In this document: piece after piece, positions 55,892 to 64,000 of the stretch
Position numbering within the stretch: position 1 is the first letter of the stretch
Layout of the letters: every line of letters starts with the position of its first letter
DNA from: a candidate division TM6 bacterium GW2011_GWF2_30_66
GTDB taxonomy: Bacteria; Babelota; Babeliae; Babelales; Vermiphilaceae
Reading direction: 5' to 3'
NCBI GenBank assembly: GCA_000989195.1
Contig: LBOA01000001.1
Location: 5,312 to 69,311 of the forward strand
DNA: 64,000 nt
Program-made: the position numbers and the translations under genes
The notes under the pieces: model-generated
The model's database searches: none
Seen by the model: the letters and a program-made list of their open reading frames with translations, nothing else
What the model was told of the DNA's origin: nothing

Positions 55892-57241
55892 ATGAGTAAA
55901 ATAAAAACTTCATACCAATGCCAAAACTGCAACTACAAAGCAATAAGATGGCTAGGCTGTTGTCCAGAATGCAAAGAGTGGGAAACTTTTAAAGAAATAA
56001 CCTACACAGCTTCAAATGCAAGTAATCAAAAAAAAAGAATTACTAGCGAGCCAAATCTTGTAAGCTTAAATTCTATATCAATAGAAACAAAGCAGCGCAT
56101 GCTATCAGGAATATCAGAATGGGACAGAGTGGTTGGTGGTGGCATAATGCCAAGCTCGCTAATAATTTTAACTGGCGACCCTGGAATTGGCAAATCTACC
56201 CTACTACTACAAATATCAAATAATCTGGCCCAAAATTATACAGTTTTTTATTTTTCCTCAGAAGAATCTCTAAATCAAGTTAAAAATAGAGCTGAGAGAT
56301 TGGGGTGTATAAACGACAATCTATTATTTTCTGATAAAGCTGATTTGGAATCGATAATAGAAATATCAAAAAATCAAAAACCTGATTTATTAATTATCGA
56401 CTCTATACAAAACTGCTATTCAAGCGAAACAGACACAACTCCTGGCAGCATAAGCCAACTACGTGAAACTGCATTTTTATTAATGAGGCTTGCAAAAGAA
56501 AACGATATAGCAATAATAATTAGTGGTCACATAACAAAAGACGGAAATATTGCTGGACCAAAAACTTTAGAGCATATGGTAGACGCCGTCTTTTATCTAC
56601 AAGGCGAAGACAGATGGCAAACAAGAGTCTTGCGTTCAGAAAAAAACAGGTTTGGCACAATAAATGAACTTGGCTTTTTCCAAATGGAACAAAAAGGCCT
56701 GCAAGAAATGCCAAACATAAATCAACATTTAATAGAACAAGCTTCACATGCTCCTGGATCTGCACTTGTCAGCTTTATCGAAGGCTCAAGACCACTACTG
56801 CTTGAACTGCAAGCTCTTACAATATCATCTAAACTCACTATGCCTCAACGCATAATTTCCGGAATTGATCACAAGCAAGTAGCATTAATAGCTGCAATTT
56901 TAGAAAAATATTTAAAAATAAAATTAAGCTCATGTGATATATTTTTCAAAGTCGGCGGCGGCTTTAAAATTAAGGGCAGCTCGTGCGATCTTGGCATTGC
57001 ACTTTCGCTTCTTTCTAGTTACTTTCAACAAAATTTACCAGAAAAATCAATCGCTCTAGGCGAAATAAGTTTAACAGGACAAATAAAACCGGTTAATCAA
57101 GTTAATATGCATATAAAAGAGGCCACAAAATTTGGCATTGAACAAATTTTTATGGCCCATGATCAGAAATTGGAAAAAAATAGCTGCAAAAAGATCACAA
57201 AATTCAGCAGCGTTTACGAGTTATTGACACTTTTTGGATAG
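55892..57241 (+). CDS. radA: DNA repair protein RadA
   Basis: N-terminal zinc ribbon CQNCNYKAIRWLGCCPEC, Walker A GDPGIGKSTLLLQ, KNRFG motif and a Lon-like C-terminal domain. Confidence 0.95.
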   Translation: MSKIKTSYQCQNCNYKAIRWLGCCPECKEWETFKEITYTASNASNQKKRITSEPNLVSLNSISIETKQRMLSGISEWDRVVGGGIMPSSLIILTGDPGIGKSTLLLQISNNLAQNYTVFYFSSEESLNQVKNRAERLGCINDNLLFSDKADLESIIEISKNQKPDLLIIDSIQNCYSSETDTTPGSISQLRETAFLLMRLAKENDIAIIISGHITKDGNIAGPKTLEHMVDAVFYLQGEDRWQTRVLRSEKNRFGTINELGFFQMEQKGLQEMPNINQHLIEQASHAPGSALVSFIEGSRPLLLELQALTISSKLTMPQRIISGIDHKQVALIAAILEKYLKIKLSSCDIFFKVGGGFKIKGSSCDLGIALSLLSSYFQQNLPEKSIALGEISLTGQIKPVNQVNMHIKEATKFGIEQIFMAHDQKLEKNSCKKITKFSSVYELLTLFG

Positions 57242-57298
57242 GACCAATCCTACAAAAAATTTTCTACTTATTTCTCAAATATGCTACTAATAAATCTT

Positions 57299-57456
57299 CC
57301 CGTTCTACCTGAGTTAATCGAAGGGTCGCGAGATTAACATTTTTTCGCAACAATATTTTCGTAGAAAAAAACTTTAAAAAATTTATTTTTTTATTAAAAC
57401 AAAAATAAATTTTAAATAAAGTCTCAGAACCCTTCGCTTAACTCAGGGCGAACGGG
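57299..57456 (+). mobile_element. 158-bp ORF-less deletion derivative of the GIY-YIG cassette, between radA and the CPBP gene
   Basis: Arms are CCCGTTCTACCTGAGTTAATCGAAGGGTC and ACCCTTCGCTTAACTCAGGGCGAACGGG. The internal ends match both ends of 26752-27199, including a remnant of the last codons, KVSEPFA*. Confidence 0.65.
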
Positions 57457-57602
57457 AATAATTATCAACTGCAGCTTTTCATAGAAACTAAATCTAATAG
57501 CAAACGTTAAATTAAAAATTTATTGCAACACCATTACAAACACATGTAAAATTTATATTATTATTTTATAGCAAATTATTTAAAAACTTTTGGGGTAAAT
57601 TT

Positions 57603-60600
57603 ATGTTTCTAAAAAATTTTACTAGAAAACCAATCTTTTGGGCAATTTTCGTTATTCTTTCAATAGCCTGTACAATCTTTACAATAAAATATTTTTCACA
57701 AGCACAATCTATAATAAATATAGACATAAAAATGGATCGCAACCAAGCACTGCAAGAGGCTAAAAAATTATCCAAACTATACAAATTAGGACCAAATTAT
57801 TTGGACTCTAAAGATTATAAGCAAGCCATAATCTTTGAAATAGACAACAACGTAAAAACATTTATAGAGCTAGAATGTGGAGGAAAAGAGGCCTTTATAA
57901 AAATGGTAAAAGATGGTCTTTATATGCCATACAAATGGACTGTCAGACATTTTAAAGAATTTGAAAAAAACGAAGTATACATAAAATTTACACACGAAGG
58001 CAAACCATATGGCTTTATAGAAATAATATCTGACGATACGCCAGGTCAAGACATTTCGAAAAAAGAGGCTCAAAAAATTGCTCAAAAAGAAGCCTCTACA
58101 AACTGGGGAATAAATTTCGATAATTATAAAGAAACAGAATATTCAAAAAATCTAAAACAAATCAAAAGAAGCGATCATACATTTATATACGAAAGAACAG
58201 ACGCAAAAATTGGCAATAATACCAATATAGGCTATTACAGATTAAAAATAATTGTAAGCGGTGATAAAGTAACAACTATTGAAAATTATATAAAAATCCC
58301 TGAAAGCTTTATAAATAAATACAAAGAAATGCGATCTCACAACAATACTATCGCGTACATAGGCTCATTTTTATTATTAATATTATATGCTATTGGCGGT
58401 TGCATACTTGGCCTTTACTTCTTATTTAGGAGCGAATATGTTATCTGGAAAACCCCAATAATTTTAGCTACTATTTTTGCATTTTTAAATTTAGCAGAAA
58501 AAATAAATATTATCCCATGTGCTTGGATGAATTATAACACAGTAAGCTCTTCAAATAATTTTTTTATTAGCTATCTTATATCTAGTTTCATTACATTTTT
58601 ATCAAAACTATTTATTTTCGCTATATCATTTATGGCTGCAGAAAGTTTAACAAGAAAAGCTTTTGGAAATCACATATCACTATGGAAAATATGGTCAAAA
58701 GATAACGCAAGCTCGACAAAAGTCGCCGGCAGAACAGTTGGCGGCTACCTACTCGTACCATTTATGCTCGCATATGTTACAGGAACATACCTATTTACAA
58801 CAAAATTTCTTGGCTGGTGGTCTCCTGCCGGCGAAATTGTTGATCCTAATATATTATCCCACTACCTACCATGGCTAAACCCTTTTGTAACTTCACTTGG
58901 AGCCGGATTTTGGGAAGAATGTTTATTTAGAGCAGTTCCACTTTCTTGCGCAGCTTTAATAGGTCAAAAATACGGCAAAAAAAACTGGTGGATATTAGGC
59001 GCATTTATTTTACAAGCAATAATTTTTGGAGCATGTCACGCAAACTATCCAGTACAACCATCCTATGCAAGGCTAATTGAACTTATTTTACCATCGTTTA
59101 TGTTCGCAGGAGTTTATCTTTCATTTGGACTTTTACCATCAATTATTACTCACTATATATATGATCTTATACTAATATCATTACCTCTTTTTATTTCTTC
59201 TACTAAATACGCATTTATAAACCAAACAGTCACTATTTTACTTGGCTCAATTCCAATTATTATAATCTTGTTTGCTAGATTAAAAACAAAAAAATGGACC
59301 GAAATAAAAGAAGAATATTTAAATAAAAACTGGCTAAAACCTGAAAAATTTACAAGCCAAAAAAAAGAAGAAAATATAATCCAAGAAAAAGTATCTATAA
59401 ATAATAAAATAATTTTGTCAATTTTTTTAGGCGCAATAATAGGTATTGCATCATACTTATATTTTACACCATTTAAGCACAATGCAATTAAAATAAATAT
59501 TTCTCAAAAAGAAGTAATAAAAGTAGCACGCGAAAATTTAAACAAACGAGGCCTAAACTTAGAAGCCTGGAATGCATATCCAATATTAGCAGCTAACTTT
59601 GAATCAGGCTATGGCTTAGAAAAAAAACTTCAAAAACAAAGCTATAAAATGCAACACAAATTTATTTGGCAGCATGACAAAAATCTATACAAAAAACTTC
59701 TGGGAACATATCTAAATGAACCTCAATGGATTGTAAGATTTATTAAATTCACAGGAACACAACAAGAAAAAACCGAAGAATATATTGCCTTTATAGACAA
59801 CAATAAAGATATTGCAAGAATTTATCACAAAATACCTGAAAATATAGCCGATGAAAAATTATCAGAAAAAAAAGCCCGAATAATTGCTCAAACGCACCTT
59901 TCACAAGCACTAAAACTTAACCCAAAAAATTTAAAAGAAATAACCGCAAAATCCGAAAAATTAAAAGATCGCACAAACTGGAAATTTATCTTTGTAGATC
60001 CTAGCATTATATCTATAGACAAAACAGAGGGGCGAATAGTAATAAAAATAGACGGCGATAATATAAGTGATTCCTATAGATATATAAAAGTTCCAGAGCA
60101 ATGGTTAAGAATCGAAATAAACAAACAAAATCTACTTTCTATTTTGCAAACAATACTTCTTTTGTTATTTACATTTCTTTCAATGCTTTTGGTAATAATT
60201 GTCGGAATGAAAGTTAAACAAATCTCAAAAAAATACGCTATAATAGGCTTATCTACGTATTTCACAGCTAACTTATTACTTAATTTAAACCTAATTTCAA
60301 ATATAATCGCAACTTTTGACCCGATAAAACCATTTTACTCACAATTACTACAAACCATAAGCTCAATATTTCTATCAACAACAGTTATGTCAATATTTTT
60401 TGGCCTAGCATTTGGTCTTATTATAAAATTAAAAAATGGCACAATTTTAAGCAATAATAAGCTTATTTTAATATCCTCCTCTATAGGGATTGGCTTAATA
60501 ATAATTGGCATAAATGCTTTCATTTCCTATTTTAAACCTTCAATTGAACCTATATGGCCAGATTATGGCAATCTTACGGGCTACTTGCCAATTCTCAGTA

Positions 60601-61016
60601 TTATAATAAAAAATACTATCCAATACCTGAAATTTACAGGTTATACTATAATTTTTATAATGGCATTAAATTACATTTATAATAGCTGGCAAAAAAGCTT
60701 AAAATACAAATATTTGTTAATCACTTTACTATTTATTCTATCAAGTTTTGCAATAACAGAATGCAATATAGATTACCTGTCTTTTTGGGTAATAAAAAGT
60801 CTTGCTCTTGCAATAACCGGTATCATAACTTACATTTTCTTTGTAAGACTAGATTTGCGAATAATACCTTTTATTGTTGCTATAATAGCAATATCAGGAA
60901 TATTTAAACAAATAGTATTCAATGCATACCCGTTAGTTATTTTTGGAAATATTAGTGCAATATTAATTATAATACTTTTAGCTATTTTTTTATCGAAAGA
61001 ACTAAATAAAGCATAA
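57603..61016 (+). CDS. 1137-aa polytopic membrane protein with a CPBP (CAAX protease / Abi) intramembrane metalloprotease domain
   Basis: GFWEECLFRAVP (EExxxR), IIFGACHANY (FxxxH) and ITHYIYDL (HxxxD). Two large extracytoplasmic domains each precede a multi-TM block. Confidence 0.8.
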   Translation: MFLKNFTRKPIFWAIFVILSIACTIFTIKYFSQAQSIINIDIKMDRNQALQEAKKLSKLYKLGPNYLDSKDYKQAIIFEIDNNVKTFIELECGGKEAFIKMVKDGLYMPYKWTVRHFKEFEKNEVYIKFTHEGKPYGFIEIISDDTPGQDISKKEAQKIAQKEASTNWGINFDNYKETEYSKNLKQIKRSDHTFIYERTDAKIGNNTNIGYYRLKIIVSGDKVTTIENYIKIPESFINKYKEMRSHNNTIAYIGSFLLLILYAIGGCILGLYFLFRSEYVIWKTPIILATIFAFLNLAEKINIIPCAWMNYNTVSSSNNFFISYLISSFITFLSKLFIFAISFMAAESLTRKAFGNHISLWKIWSKDNASSTKVAGRTVGGYLLVPFMLAYVTGTYLFTTKFLGWWSPAGEIVDPNILSHYLPWLNPFVTSLGAGFWEECLFRAVPLSCAALIGQKYGKKNWWILGAFILQAIIFGACHANYPVQPSYARLIELILPSFMFAGVYLSFGLLPSIITHYIYDLILISLPLFISSTKYAFINQTVTILLGSIPIIIILFARLKTKKWTEIKEEYLNKNWLKPEKFTSQKKEENIIQEKVSINNKIILSIFLGAIIGIASYLYFTPFKHNAIKINISQKEVIKVARENLNKRGLNLEAWNAYPILAANFESGYGLEKKLQKQSYKMQHKFIWQHDKNLYKKLLGTYLNEPQWIVRFIKFTGTQQEKTEEYIAFIDNNKDIARIYHKIPENIADEKLSEKKARIIAQTHLSQALKLNPKNLKEITAKSEKLKDRTNWKFIFVDPSIISIDKTEGRIVIKIDGDNISDSYRYIKVPEQWLRIEINKQNLLSILQTILLLLFTFLSMLLVIIVGMKVKQISKKYAIIGLSTYFTANLLLNLNLISNIIATFDPIKPFYSQLLQTISSIFLSTTVMSIFFGLAFGLIIKLKNGTILSNNKLILISSSIGIGLIIIGINAFISYFKPSIEPIWPDYGNLTGYLPILSIIIKNTIQYLKFTGYTIIFIMALNYIYNSWQKSLKYKYLLITLLFILSSFAITECNIDYLSFWVIKSLALAITGIITYIFFVRLDLRIIPFIVAIIAISGIFKQIVFNAYPLVIFGNISAILIIILLAIFLSKELNKA

Positions 61017-61030
61017 ATTATTTTTGGCAT

Positions 61031-61067
61031 AAAAAAACCTCGAAGATTTTAACTCTTCGAGGTTTTT
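61031..61067. terminator. Bidirectional terminator between the CPBP gene and the 5S rRNA gene
   Basis: A-run, 10-bp stem AACCTCGAAG / CTTCGAGGTT, T-run. Confidence 0.7.
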
Positions 61068-61075
61068 AAATTAGA

Positions 61076-61189
61076 TCTGGCAGTATCTACCTTTCCAGCC
61101 CGTTACCAGGCAAGTATTCTCGACGCTGTAGACTTTACTACCGTATTCGGAATGGGAACGGGTGTTTCCCCACAGCTATACCCACCAGA
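61076..61189 (-). rRNA. rrf: 5S ribosomal RNA
   Basis: The reverse complement reads TCTGGTGGGTATAGCTGTGGGGAAACACCCGTTCCCATTCCGAATACGG...CTGCCAGA, with helix I pairing and the conserved CCGAAC/T loop. Boundaries are within a few nt. Confidence 0.9.
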
Positions 61190-61309
61190 AAGTTTCTAGA
61201 ATCAGCGATTCTTAGAATCAAGATTCAAATTTTTAAACTTGTGAAAAATATTTGTAGATCAAGTAGCGATTAAGCAAACCTTACGAACAATAAATAAGTA
61301 CTTAGTATG

Positions 61310-64000
<2,691 letters not shown>

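Overview
This is an AT-rich, gene-dense bacterial chromosome segment using the standard code (TAA, TAG and TGA all act as stops). It is dominated by core housekeeping loci. These are murC; rplS-trmD-KH-rpsP-ffh (minus strand); hflX; uvrD/pcrA; trpS; a cdaA-like/ybbR-like/glmM operon; holA-like; rph; pnp-rpsO; tRNA-Val; and the classic rpoC-rpoB-rplL-rplJ-rplA-rplK-nusG-secE-tRNA-Trp-rpmG block. That block is preceded by a Tyr-Gly-Thr-Thr tRNA cluster. Further on come tsaE, a yacP-like NYN gene, an isolated atpG, murA, an HD hydrolase, rluB, tdk and radA. The window ends with a 5S plus partial 23S rRNA operon on the minus strand. Interspersed are many signal-peptide proteins of unknown function: glycine-zipper proteins, a CSCS/proline-repeat protein, ankyrin-repeat proteins, a GT2-TPR protein, a Josephin-like Cys-protease candidate and a 1137-aa CPBP membrane protein. 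This content fits a reduced, host-associated bacterium. The cdaA-ybbR-glmM operon and yacP argue against Proteobacteria; a Dependentiae/TM6-like origin is only a guess. No CRISPR array, prophage, recognisable defence or toxin-antitoxin system, or transposase was found. The most interesting signal is a family of GC-rich ~29-nt palindromic-element termini (consensus CCCGTTCGCCCTGAGTTAAGCGAAGGGTC), with 11 half-sites in the window. One pair, as perfect inverted repeats, bounds a small GIY-YIG (YhbQ/UPF0213-like) gene carrying one in-frame TAA. Two ORF-less miniature derivatives flank radA. One copy is a solo. One sits in frame inside the essential glmM gene. Diverged copies lie just downstream of both tRNA-Thr genes, one within a 73-bp tandem duplication that also copies the tRNA 3' end. 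Secondary observations are Cys-rich lineage-specific insertions in RpoB, HflX and GlmM, a TrmD-SPOUT fusion, a CdaA-like protein lacking the catalytic motifs, and missing canonical neighbours (tuf, rimM, atpA/atpD). All family assignments rest on motifs read by eye and remembered family patterns; no database search was run.
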